Under the pieces are notes generated by a model. It made no database searches and had not been told where the DNA came from. It saw only the letters and a list, made by a program, of their open reading frames with translations. This document shows, piece by piece, positions 10,660 to 19,752 of a DNA stretch of 64,000 nt. Each line of letters opens with the position of its first letter. The first letter of the stretch is position 1. The position numbers and the translations under genes were made by a program. The DNA lies in contig CAZUNO010000003.1 in assembly GCA_964621445.1 (NCBI GenBank), forward strand, positions 32,001-96,000. Direction: 5' to 3'. The stretch comes from Candidatus Hadarchaeota archaeon (GTDB lineage: Archaea; CAYQAE01; CAYVLA01).

Positions 10660-11088
10660 ATGCGAATTTTATTCATACATGTGGAATCATTTCATTACGA
10701 GGTAAAGGAAAGCACCCCGGTGGCCATGGATATTGGCCCATCGGAGAGGGAGAAAACCCTGGGAGAATCGCTCCTCGTCCTCTATGCCGTCGAGGATGTC
10801 GATGAAAAAGATCCTATAATGGTGTCCGAACTGGCTGCACTGCAAATCGAGGAATACCTCTCAACTATAGGCAAGAAACAGATAGTGCTCTTCCCCTTCG
10901 CCTACCTTATAGGTAAGGACGAGAAAGGCTCTGCATCCACCGCAGGTAGGATGCATCATCTACTTATGGATGCCCTTGGGAAGAGGGACTTGCCGGTAGT
11001 TCCCTTTGGATGGTATAAAAAATTCTCCTTAACCTCTAAAGGACACCGATATGCGGTTCATTCCGCCAGGGTTGTCCCCGAAGGTTAG
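10660..11088 (+). CDS. Free-standing archaeal threonyl-tRNA synthetase editing domain (DTD-like fold)
   Basis: MRILFIH..F.YEVK, AVEDVDE, PFAYL, PFGWYKKF.L..KGH match the archaeal ThrRS N-terminal editing domain. Confidence 0.82.
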   Translation: MRILFIHVESFHYEVKESTPVAMDIGPSEREKTLGESLLVLYAVEDVDEKDPIMVSELAALQIEEYLSTIGKKQIVLFPFAYLIGKDEKGSASTAGRMHHLLMDALGKRDLPVVPFGWYKKFSLTSKGHRYAVHSARVVPEG

Positions 11089-11091
11089 TCA

Positions 11092-11652
11092 TCAGCCCTT
11101 GTTGGCCTTGTCCAGAAGCTTCATCATGAGGTCCTGTTCCCGGTTCTTTCTCGACTCGTATATGGAATCCACGACCTTCCTCGCTTTATCCCTCTTCTCG
11201 AGTCGCATAAGCTCATCAACATACTCCTTGTCTATGCCGGTGAGGAGCCGAGACCGGCGTTTTCCACCATTCGTCGACCCATCTGGCTTACCAGCTCTGG
11301 ACTTCACTCTTTCTATCTCCTCTTCCTCTTCCATCATTTCCAGTATTTCAATATACTCTTTATCTATTGGAGAGAGTCCATCACCATCAACGTTCCTTCT
11401 TCTGTTATAGGAAAGGTCTAATGCCTCCTCGGCCTCTTCCTTATTCCCACCCTCCAGCAGGGCCTCGTAGCATTCCCTTTCCTCCGGGGTAAACAGGGAA
11501 TCCTGTTTTCTCTTGCTTTTCTGATAGAATTCATCCACTTTGTTCTTCGCGTCTTCGTTATAGCCAAGTCTGATGAGTTGCTCGATATAATCTCTGTCCA
11601 GGGGTGACATAAGCGCCCCCTGGAAAACCTTGACTACCTCTTGCTCAGACAT
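11092..11652 (-). CDS. Hypothetical acidic protein with four ~39-aa helical repeats (paralog of 45896-46510)
   Basis: Repeated L[ST]PxD[KR]EYIExL..LG..E.A...VD..Y; ATG with GTGATGGG RBS-like sequence and TATA box. Confidence 0.75.
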   Translation of the reverse strand: MSEQEVVKVFQGALMSPLDRDYIEQLIRLGYNEDAKNKVDEFYQKSKRKQDSLFTPEERECYEALLEGGNKEEAEEALDLSYNRRRNVDGDGLSPIDKEYIEILEMMEEEEEIERVKSRAGKPDGSTNGGKRRSRLLTGIDKEYVDELMRLEKRDKARKVVDSIYESRKNREQDLMMKLLDKANKG

Positions 11653-11700
11653 CCCATCACTTCTTCACGGATCCTATTGAACTGGGTTAGCTAAAATGAT

Positions 11701-11716
11701 TTAATATATAAATATC
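11701..11716 (-). promoter_or_regulatory. TATA box for repeat protein A within an AT-rich divergent promoter region
   Basis: Minus strand GATATTTATATATTAA, about 50-65 nt upstream of ATG 11652. Confidence 0.55.
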
Positions 11717-11874
11717 TTGCATTATACCTGAAAAAAATTTTGTATTTTACTATAATTATTTTTCAAATTGAATATTTTCCCTTTGAAATCTCTTCTCCTT
11801 CCTTGATCCCCCCGGGAATTTTATCAGATCATAATAGTTATCTGTTCCCTGAACAAGACGTCATGGGAATATCC

Positions 11875-13113
11875 ATGGCCCAACTCGCAATTGATGGTGG
11901 CCCCAAAACAAGGGACAGATCTTTTCCAGGCTCTAGGTGGATAGGAAATGAGGAATTAAAGGAACTCGTTGACGTGATCTATTCCCAGAAGCTAAACCGC
12001 GTCGCGGGAACGAAGGTATCCAAACTCGAGAAGGAATTCTCAGAACTCTATGGTGTTAACCACGGCATAGCCTCCACCTCGGGGACATCCTCAATACACG
12101 TTGCCTTGGGAGCAATCAATCCTGATCCTGGGTCGGAGGTAATTACCACCGGAATCTCCGATATGGGAAGCATAATCCCAATACTGGCCCAGAACTGCAT
12201 CCCGATATTTGCCGATATGGACCCCAAGACCTACTCAATGGATCCAGATGACCTAAAGGATAAGATAAGCGAGAGAACCAAGGCGGTGATCGCCATTCAT
12301 CTGTTCGGGCTAATGGGGAATATGGAAGAAATCCGTGATATATGTGATGAAAATGACATATACCTTATCGAGGATGCCTGCCAGGCCCATATGGCCGAAA
12401 GCAATCAGAAATTGGCAGGGACATATGGCCATTTCGGGTGCTTCAGCTTCCAGCAATCAAAGCAGATAACATGTGGGGACGGGGGCATGACCATTACCGA
12501 CGATCCCGACCTAGCTTCACGGGCCCGTCTTTTTGCGGATAAGGCATGGCCTAGGGAAGGAGGATGGGCAAAGCGGGGCTACCTTTTCTTTGCCATGAAC
12601 TACCGCATGACCGAGCTACAGGGAGCGGTTGCCCTGGCCCAGCTGAAGAAAGTGAAGGCGATAGTGGATAAGAGGAGAAAACTAGCCTCGCAACTCTCTG
12701 CCGGACTGGAAGAGGCCCAGGGCGTGAATACCCCCTGGGTTCCGGAAGGGTCAAAACACTCCTGGTGGCTTTATCCAATAACCATAGACCAGGAACTGCT
12801 CGGAGTTACGCCTGAGGAATTTGCTAAGGCGGTGAGCGAGGAGGGAATACCGATTTCCCAGGGCTACATAAAACGTCCTCTGTACATGTTCCCGGTTCTC
12901 ACCGAGAAGAGGACATACGGATCATCCCACTGCCCCTTTGATTGCCCCATCTATGGAAAAGAGATCGAGTACAGAAAAGGCCTGTGCCCGGAAACGGAGC
13001 GCATACTGGAGGAAGTCATTACCCTGCGGGTCTGGGAATCCTGGGAAGAAAGCGATGTCCAGGACGCAGCCGAGGGGATAATCAAGGTGAGTGACCACTA
13101 CGCCAAACCGTGA
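11875..13113 (+). CDS. DegT/DnrJ/EryC1/StrS family PLP-dependent sugar aminotransferase
   Basis: LAIDGGP start, SGTSSI, IEDACQAH, SFQQSKQITCGDGG, NYRMTELQGA. Confidence 0.92.
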   Translation: MAQLAIDGGPKTRDRSFPGSRWIGNEELKELVDVIYSQKLNRVAGTKVSKLEKEFSELYGVNHGIASTSGTSSIHVALGAINPDPGSEVITTGISDMGSIIPILAQNCIPIFADMDPKTYSMDPDDLKDKISERTKAVIAIHLFGLMGNMEEIRDICDENDIYLIEDACQAHMAESNQKLAGTYGHFGCFSFQQSKQITCGDGGMTITDDPDLASRARLFADKAWPREGGWAKRGYLFFAMNYRMTELQGAVALAQLKKVKAIVDKRRKLASQLSAGLEEAQGVNTPWVPEGSKHSWWLYPITIDQELLGVTPEEFAKAVSEEGIPISQGYIKRPLYMFPVLTEKRTYGSSHCPFDCPIYGKEIEYRKGLCPETERILEEVITLRVWESWEESDVQDAAEGIIKVSDHYAKP

Positions 13114-13843
13114 ACCCGGTGACCAGGTAATTGATTGTAACACCTTTTTTGGGTCACGTCCAAGACAGGGCTTAACGGTCACCCATGAAAACCTCATCGA
13201 GAAGCTTAGAGAAAGAGGTGTTGGGAGAACGGTCTCCATCTCTCTCCAGGGCGTCTACCACGATTTCGAAAAAGGCAACCTCGAAACCCTATCCGTGTCA
13301 AAATCGAGCCAAGAGTTCATCATTCCTGCCTGTACTATTGATCCAAGGCGGTTCTATGGTCAGAGGTGCAAACTCGGGCTGGAAAAATTCGCGGTCCTAC
13401 GACTTTTCCCGGATCGGCAGGGATGGCCAGTTGACTATGCTCCATTCCACAAGATTCTAGATATTGCCTCCTCGGCCGGGATCCCGATAATGATACCGGC
13501 TGGCGGAAAGGGGAGACCAACCCAGATAGCAAAGGCGGCTGAGGATTATGCAATCCCTATCATATTTAGCTCCGTCAATTATTCCACGCTTTCCGAGATA
13601 CTGGTCCTGCTCGGCAAGCACTCAAACCTGTATATAACAAATGACATGTTAAACACGCCAGACGGGGTGGAGCTTTTCTGCGACCAGGTGGGACCCGAGA
13701 GACTCCTCTTCGGATCAAATTTTCCCTTCACCTATCTCCAAGGGCCCTTGATCACGATCAAAAAGGCCCAGATCCCAAGAACCAGCAAGATCAAGATACT
13801 GAAAGAGAATGCTGAAAGGATTCTGATTTGCGATGATATTTGA
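13091..13843 (+). CDS. Amidohydrolase_2-fold protein lacking the HxH metal motif
   Basis: IDCNTFFG in place of DxHxH; GPERLLFGSNFP; ILKENAERIL. Confidence 0.7.
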   Translation: MTTTPNREPGDQVIDCNTFFGSRPRQGLTVTHENLIEKLRERGVGRTVSISLQGVYHDFEKGNLETLSVSKSSQEFIIPACTIDPRRFYGQRCKLGLEKFAVLRLFPDRQGWPVDYAPFHKILDIASSAGIPIMIPAGGKGRPTQIAKAAEDYAIPIIFSSVNYSTLSEILVLLGKHSNLYITNDMLNTPDGVELFCDQVGPERLLFGSNFPFTYLQGPLITIKKAQIPRTSKIKILKENAERILICDDI

Positions 13844-14570
13844 CGTGCATGCCCATTGCGGAACCTGGTTCTTCCCCACATTTTGTGAAACCCCCGAACA
13901 AATGTCCGGTATTTGCGACAGGTTTGGAGTGGAGAAGGTGGTGGTCTCCTCCTCTCGAGCCCTAACCTACGACATGGTTACCGGCAACGCGGAGGCACTT
14001 GACTTCGTAAAACAGGACCCGAGATTCTTTGCTTACCTGTACCTGAATCCTAACGACCTCCAGGGATCGAGGGCGCAAATAGACCGCTACCTGGAAATGG
14101 ACAAATTCGTGGGAATCAAACTACACCCCTCCTATACCGGCCTAAAGGCTGACTCCGAGGAAACCCTCGGACTTCTTGACTATCTTCCCCATGGTGCCAT
14201 CCTCCTCATCCATACCTGGGGAGAGGACGGGGTTGGTAGGGTACATCATCTAGCCGAAAAATTTCCCAACTTCGATGTAATTATGGGGCACATGGGAGGT
14301 ACCTCTCGATCAGGGTGGATGGCAGCAATAGACTCTGCATCAAGAATAGAAAACGTGTATCTGGAGATATGTGGTAGCCTCCTGCATTACGACCGGATAA
14401 AGATAGCCGTGGGCTCAGCGGGGGCTGAAAAGGTTCTGTTCGGCTCCGATATGTCCCTCCTTAACCCCTCCTTTGCCCTGGGCCAGATCATTGGGTCCTC
14501 AATATCGGAGGGGGATAAGAAGATGATACTCCGGAACAACGCGGTCCGTCTTTTTGGATTCGAGGACTAG
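13833..14570 (+). CDS. Amidohydrolase_2 family protein
   Basis: FDVHAH, GIKLHP, LIHT, GHMGG, KVLFGSD. Confidence 0.88.
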   Translation: MIFDVHAHCGTWFFPTFCETPEQMSGICDRFGVEKVVVSSSRALTYDMVTGNAEALDFVKQDPRFFAYLYLNPNDLQGSRAQIDRYLEMDKFVGIKLHPSYTGLKADSEETLGLLDYLPHGAILLIHTWGEDGVGRVHHLAEKFPNFDVIMGHMGGTSRSGWMAAIDSASRIENVYLEICGSLLHYDRIKIAVGSAGAEKVLFGSDMSLLNPSFALGQIIGSSISEGDKKMILRNNAVRLFGFED

Positions 14571-14626
14571 AATCCGCCTGATAAACGAGGAATCCTTTTT
14601 GAACCTAGATCCCTCTTTGAGAATGA

Positions 14627-15331
14627 ATGCTGCCAATCAGGGATAGAAATCCCGGGAAGACTTTCCCCTATGTAACCTATATGCTGATAGGGATAAACGT
14701 GGTGGTCTTTCTCTTCGAGCTCCTTCTGGATGGCTTCGGGCAGCTCAATTCATTCATAAGGACCTTTGGCATGGTTCCCAAATTCGTCCTCTCGGGCGAA
14801 AGGCTCCATACCCTCCTGACCAGCATGTTCATGCATGGGGGATTCATGCACATATTCGGGAACATGCTATACCTGTTCATCTTCGGGAATAACATCGAAG
14901 ATACACTGGGACACTTCAAATTCCTGGTCTTCTACACCTTCTGTGGGCTCTGCGCATCTTTTCTCCACATCCTGCTGACCACGAACCGCAACATCCCCAC
15001 GCTCGGGGCCAGTGGGGCCATAGCGGGTGTGCTGGGCGCTTACCTACTACTTTTCCCCCAGGCCAAGGTTGACACACTAGTTTTCTTCTTCATCATCACC
15101 TGGGTCACCATACCGGCATTCGCCCTCCTAATATTCTGGTTCGTTCTGCAATTATTGACCGGTATCTGGTCAATCGCCTCGGTCAGCTCCGGCGGGGTGG
15201 CCTATTTCGCCCACGTAGGTGGATTCATAGCCGGGGTCCTAATCGCAATTCCATTCAGAAACAAGGTAAGTAGGCCCAGGCAACGGCCTAGATTCCCCTC
15301 TTTTGAAACCGAGGACAGTTACTGGCGTTAG
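14627..15331 (+). CDS. Rhomboid intramembrane serine protease
   Basis: HGGFMHIFGNM, GASGAIAG, AYFAHVGGF. Confidence 0.93.
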   Translation: MLPIRDRNPGKTFPYVTYMLIGINVVVFLFELLLDGFGQLNSFIRTFGMVPKFVLSGERLHTLLTSMFMHGGFMHIFGNMLYLFIFGNNIEDTLGHFKFLVFYTFCGLCASFLHILLTTNRNIPTLGASGAIAGVLGAYLLLFPQAKVDTLVFFFIITWVTIPAFALLIFWFVLQLLTGIWSIASVSSGGVAYFAHVGGFIAGVLIAIPFRNKVSRPRQRPRFPSFETEDSYWR

Positions 15332-16233
15332 AGGTATTCCTTCCAGTAGGCGACGCTAGTATCCAGGTCCTCCAGTACCTTCTTCTCGCTGGCCTCAAAA
15401 GCGTGGATTATCTCCAATACCAGGTCAACCTGGCTGGCACCGGAATTGTCTATGGCCTCTATGATATCCTCTGCATCAATAATTCCCTTCTCATTGTACT
15501 CCGGCGTAAACGGCCAATGCTGGTCCATTTGACCATCAGTCTGCTGGACATGCATTACCGGAGACATCGGTCCTATCTCCTCGATCCAGGTGTAGGTATC
15601 GAGGTCCTTGCCGCTCTCGCTGTAGGTACATTGGTGACCGGTGTCCATGCAGAAGTAGATGGGAACGCCAGACGACTTATTGGCCCTCATGTATAGTTTC
15701 TTTGCATCGTCTATCCTGCAGGGAGGTTCCCTCGGAACGGGCATAGGTTCCCATAGCAGGAACTCCTGACCAAGGTCCGAGGCCAGCCTGGAGAGATGCT
15801 GGAGCGAGTCAACGAGACAGGAGCGGAGGTAGCTTCTTCGATCCTCATCACGGTAGTCGTTATAGCTCATGGAGGCCACATGCCCCCCAGTGCCCGCCGC
15901 CTCCATCTCAGCGGTCATGTGGACCGCCTGCTCGTACCATTCAAGGGCGTCGCTCCTCATGCCAATGTCGGGGTGCATGAGAAGATTGAAGGAATAGGCG
16001 CCCAGCCCGGTAAATGTGCTGTGCACCTCAACTCCATAGCGCTCCCCGGCCTCAACTACCTCTCTACTCTTTCTCGCTCTCACCGACTTGCGAACCCTGG
16101 GGTCCACCAGGTCGAACGAGAACTGAGCCAGATCCAAGTCCAGCCTTGAGCCCACGATCTCCATCCATTCACTTGCCTCGGGCCATCTCTTGACGGCAAA
16201 ACAGGTATTTATTCCTAGATTAAGCTTGGCCAT
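15328..16233 (-). CDS. TIM-barrel sugar-phosphate epimerase (xylose-isomerase-like; EryC-like)
   Basis: LGINTCFAVKRWPE, LWEPM, DTGH, HVQQTDG..DQHWPF, LEI. Confidence 0.75.
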   Translation of the reverse strand: MAKLNLGINTCFAVKRWPEASEWMEIVGSRLDLDLAQFSFDLVDPRVRKSVRARKSREVVEAGERYGVEVHSTFTGLGAYSFNLLMHPDIGMRSDALEWYEQAVHMTAEMEAAGTGGHVASMSYNDYRDEDRRSYLRSCLVDSLQHLSRLASDLGQEFLLWEPMPVPREPPCRIDDAKKLYMRANKSSGVPIYFCMDTGHQCTYSESGKDLDTYTWIEEIGPMSPVMHVQQTDGQMDQHWPFTPEYNEKGIIDAEDIIEAIDNSGASQVDLVLEIIHAFEASEKKVLEDLDTSVAYWKEYL

Positions 16234-16353
16234 ATCCTACACCCATAGAATGGAAAATATCCCCGTCTAATATGAGTTTTCAAAGATATCTCAATATACC
16301 AAGCAAGGCACCGTATACACCAAAGTTAAGAGATGCTCGGAGCTATTTAACCC

Positions 16354-17472
16354 GTGAAATTATCCTCAGGGAGGTCATTTCTAGCCAAAGGGCCGATAAG
16401 AATCGAAATCCAAGAGGGATTGATCTCCTCTCGCGGAATGACATTTGATCCCTCAGCAAGCCCCCTAATCGTTAAGGCCTGGGAAGCCTTCGATCTAGAG
16501 GTTCGTGAGGATTCCGTCATATCGGTGACCGGTAATGGAAATCTATCACCTGAAGTTAATCCATACCCCGAGCCATGGTCGGGCTTTCTAGAAAATTGGC
16601 CGTCGGATTTTCAGGGGAATACCTTAATGGTCTTCGGGAAATCAGATACCGGAAAATCAACGCTTTGTACCCTTTTACTAAATGGGATGATCAAACACGG
16701 TCTTGCCCCGTGCATGATAGATGGGGATGTGGGACAATCCGATATCGGGCCTCCAACCACCGTGGGGCTGGGATTCACTGAATCACCCCTGATCCGGCTT
16801 CCCGAATGCCCAATGGTCGACGCCTTCTTCTTCGGTGACACCTCCCCTGCAACCTGCATTGAAAAGCTAATGGACGGCATATCAATCATCGTTAAGCGCT
16901 CCCGGGAGTATTCCCGGAACGTGATTATCGATACCTGCGGGCTGGTGACCGGTGAAATAGGACGTGGGTTAGCCCTTGGGATGGTGGAGAAGATATCTCC
17001 GGATGCAATCGTGTTGCTGGAAAACGACGGCGAGCTGGAATATATGACCGGAGGTAGTCCTTCAATCCAAAGGCTTCCCGCTCTACAAACCAGCAAGAAC
17101 AGAACCGAAAGGCGAACCTTTAGGTTCAGCCAATTCATCTCCTCATTGGAGGACTCCCAAGAACGGGTGATGGATCTATCGAAAGTTACCGTGGAAGGCT
17201 TCCTGGCCGATTATTCTGAAACAGCCTCACCTGAATTCAAGCCTACCATGACCTCTAATTCCTTGAGTCTAAAGTCCCTCGCCGACCTGGAGAACGCATT
17301 GCTTGGTATTCACAACAACCAGGTATTCGAGGGGATAGGTATCCTGGACTTCGTTGACTGCAACGGAAACAGGATAGAGGTAAAGACAAATTGTAAGAGC
17401 GATGTCGATCGCCTGGTGGTTGGCAATATAATTCTTGACGATCAAAGGGAGCACCGGATATGCAAGAACTGA
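16354..17472 (+). CDS. Clp1/Grc3-family polynucleotide 5'-hydroxyl kinase
   Basis: GKSDTGKST, DGDVGQSDIGPPT, IIDTCG, R..R..R lid motif. Confidence 0.88.
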   Translation: MKLSSGRSFLAKGPIRIEIQEGLISSRGMTFDPSASPLIVKAWEAFDLEVREDSVISVTGNGNLSPEVNPYPEPWSGFLENWPSDFQGNTLMVFGKSDTGKSTLCTLLLNGMIKHGLAPCMIDGDVGQSDIGPPTTVGLGFTESPLIRLPECPMVDAFFFGDTSPATCIEKLMDGISIIVKRSREYSRNVIIDTCGLVTGEIGRGLALGMVEKISPDAIVLLENDGELEYMTGGSPSIQRLPALQTSKNRTERRTFRFSQFISSLEDSQERVMDLSKVTVEGFLADYSETASPEFKPTMTSNSLSLKSLADLENALLGIHNNQVFEGIGILDFVDCNGNRIEVKTNCKSDVDRLVVGNIILDDQREHRICKN

Positions 17473-17518
17473 ATCTAGGAAATCCTGGTTAGGTCACCTC
17501 AGACAAATCTATAAGTAA

Positions 17519-18952
17519 ATGGACAGCTCGGATTACTATAGGGATATGATGAGCGATCAGAGACCCAATGTTATCCTGTTCACGACCGATCAACATCGGG
17601 GAGACCACATCGGGCTCTCAGGTCACCCTGTTGTCGAGACCCCGAATCTCGATAGTTTCGTTAATCAGGGCGCCTACTTCCCAAACGCCTACACCGAGAT
17701 ACCGTCAACTACCGGTGCGCGAAGATGTCTACTATCAGGCAAGGGAAGCTTTGACTGCGGTCTGGTTGGATATTCCTCGGTCGAGTGGTTTGAAACAAAC
17801 ACCTTGGCCAGGGTCCTGGCAGATAACGGCTATCACTGTATGAACGTCGGATTTCGCAACCTTCATCCCCGAAGGAAGCTCTACGGCTTTCATAACGTGA
17901 TATGCCACGATCTCCGTCCCGGCGAGGACGATTACATGGAATGGCTGAAGAAAGAGGCGGGGTACCATGCAAACGAGAGGGATCATGGAATAGACTCAAA
18001 TGGCTGGTTGGCCCGGCCCTGGCACCTTGAGGAAAGATATCATCCCACGGTATGGACCACCAACACCGCATTGGAAATGCTTGAGAAAAGGGATCCAACC
18101 AAGCCTTTCTTCATCTGGATATCCCACCACAGACCTCACTCGCCATACGACCCGCCCAAGTTCTTCTGGGACATGTATATCGACCGTGAGCTCCCCGAAA
18201 TACCCAGAGGCCAGTGGTCGGAAGAACACAACGTGGAAATGCCCCCTGACATGAGGGCATGGAGAGGGGAACTCTCACCGGAACAAAATCAACGCATGAG
18301 AGCCGGATACATGGGCCTGATAACTCATATCGATTACGAACTGGGACGAATGATAGAGCGGCTAAGAAGAATAAATCTCAACAATAACACCCTTTTCCTT
18401 TTCACGGCCGACCATGGAGATATGATGGGCGACCACTACCTCCACAGAAAGACCTATGCCTACGAGGGGTCGGCCCGAATACCTTTCGTGGTTCGGTACC
18501 CAGATGGCTTTGACCTGCCAACCGGAACCTACAGCCAGGTGGTGGGGCTTCAAGACGTGATGCCAACCATTATGGACGGACTGGATATCGATATCCCCGA
18601 AAATATAACTGGCAACAGCGTTCTCAAGGCCATACGAGGCGGGGAATGGAGGGAGTACCTGCACGGGGAGCACAGTCCCTGCTATTCGAACCACGAGGCC
18701 ATGCACTTTCTCACCGACGGCAGGGAGAAATACATATACCTCCCGGCAACAGGCAGGGAAAGGTTCTTCGACCTGGAGGAGGACAAGCAGGAGATTTACG
18801 ATCTTTCCCAGGACCCTGATTACCAAGAGCGGCTGCAAATGTGGAGGAATCGGTTGGTGGACCGCCTGGCCAACAGGGGAGACGGATTCTCGGACGGAAA
18901 AAAGCTGCTCATAAAAAAGAGCTGGAGCCCGGTCGCAGAGGAAAATATCTAG
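17519..18952 (+). CDS. Sulfatase-family hydrolase with atypical nucleophile motif
   Basis: PNVILFTTDQHRGD, TPNLD, RPHSPYDPP, TADHGDMMGDH; signature reads PSTTGAR instead of [CS]xPxR. Confidence 0.88.
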   Translation: MDSSDYYRDMMSDQRPNVILFTTDQHRGDHIGLSGHPVVETPNLDSFVNQGAYFPNAYTEIPSTTGARRCLLSGKGSFDCGLVGYSSVEWFETNTLARVLADNGYHCMNVGFRNLHPRRKLYGFHNVICHDLRPGEDDYMEWLKKEAGYHANERDHGIDSNGWLARPWHLEERYHPTVWTTNTALEMLEKRDPTKPFFIWISHHRPHSPYDPPKFFWDMYIDRELPEIPRGQWSEEHNVEMPPDMRAWRGELSPEQNQRMRAGYMGLITHIDYELGRMIERLRRINLNNNTLFLFTADHGDMMGDHYLHRKTYAYEGSARIPFVVRYPDGFDLPTGTYSQVVGLQDVMPTIMDGLDIDIPENITGNSVLKAIRGGEWREYLHGEHSPCYSNHEAMHFLTDGREKYIYLPATGRERFFDLEEDKQEIYDLSQDPDYQERLQMWRNRLVDRLANRGDGFSDGKKLLIKKSWSPVAEENI

Positions 18953-18958
18953 CCGGAA

Positions 18959-19726
18959 TCAGAAAATCCATCCACCGGTCCTTCCCAGCATCATCCACAC
19001 CGTGTTATTTGCAATGTGGGCCACCGAGGGGGCCACGAGGCTCCCTGTCCTCTCCAAGATATAAACCATGATTACCGCGAAAAGGAGTGCCGCGGCCAGG
19101 GCTGACGGCGGATTCGGGTAGTGGACGGCGCTGAAGAGCAGGGCCTGGAAAAGTGAACCCCATCTGGCCCCAACCAGGTTTCTGGCTGGCAGGTATATAA
19201 CGCCTCGGAACAGAAGCTCCTCAAGCAGTCCCACCAAAACGGATAGGGATATGATCCAGACCAGCGACCAGCCAAGGCCAAGATCCGGCAGGGTCACGAT
19301 CCTTTCCCCCGAAACATAGTCCAACACCCCGAAGGGCAGCCCTATCCCAGCACCAACTACAACTGCCCTGACAATTCCCCTGGAGGTGAGCCGAAGCATC
19401 GAGAACGAGAAGAAATGCCTGGCCAGGGGGAGAAGCACCAGTAGTGCCAGGGCCTGCTCAAGGTGCAGGCTCACAATATCTCCTATGTTCAGGGAAATCG
19501 CTGAGGAAGAGGCCAGCACCCTGACATACAGGGTGACGAAGAGCAGGCTGTGGGCCAGGCAGAGGTTAAAAAGTGGTTTGTTCTCCGTAAAAAAGACGGG
19601 GGATACTAGCCAGGTCACCGAGATTATGAGGAACAACAAAGGCTGTTTCTGGGCAAGTATCAATCCCGCAGGTATTGAAAGCAGGGAAAGAATCATTATG
19701 GCCTTTGCCTTCATTCCCGTGTCCAC
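18959..19726 (-). CDS. CPBP (CAAX/Abi) intramembrane metalloprotease
   Basis: EELLFRG, FSAVH, AHIANN. Confidence 0.87.
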   Translation of the reverse strand: MDTGMKAKAIMILSLLSIPAGLILAQKQPLLFLIISVTWLVSPVFFTENKPLFNLCLAHSLLFVTLYVRVLASSSAISLNIGDIVSLHLEQALALLVLLPLARHFFSFSMLRLTSRGIVRAVVVGAGIGLPFGVLDYVSGERIVTLPDLGLGWSLVWIISLSVLVGLLEELLFRGVIYLPARNLVGARWGSLFQALLFSAVHYPNPPSALAAALLFAVIMVYILERTGSLVAPSVAHIANNTVWMMLGRTGGWIF

Positions 19727-19752
19727 TTCAACGCAGCCCGCCCTTACATGGC

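Noticed and set aside
11650-11870. AT-rich tract as a replication origin
   Set aside because: No ORB-like repeats with G-strings and no cdc6/orc1 gene nearby.
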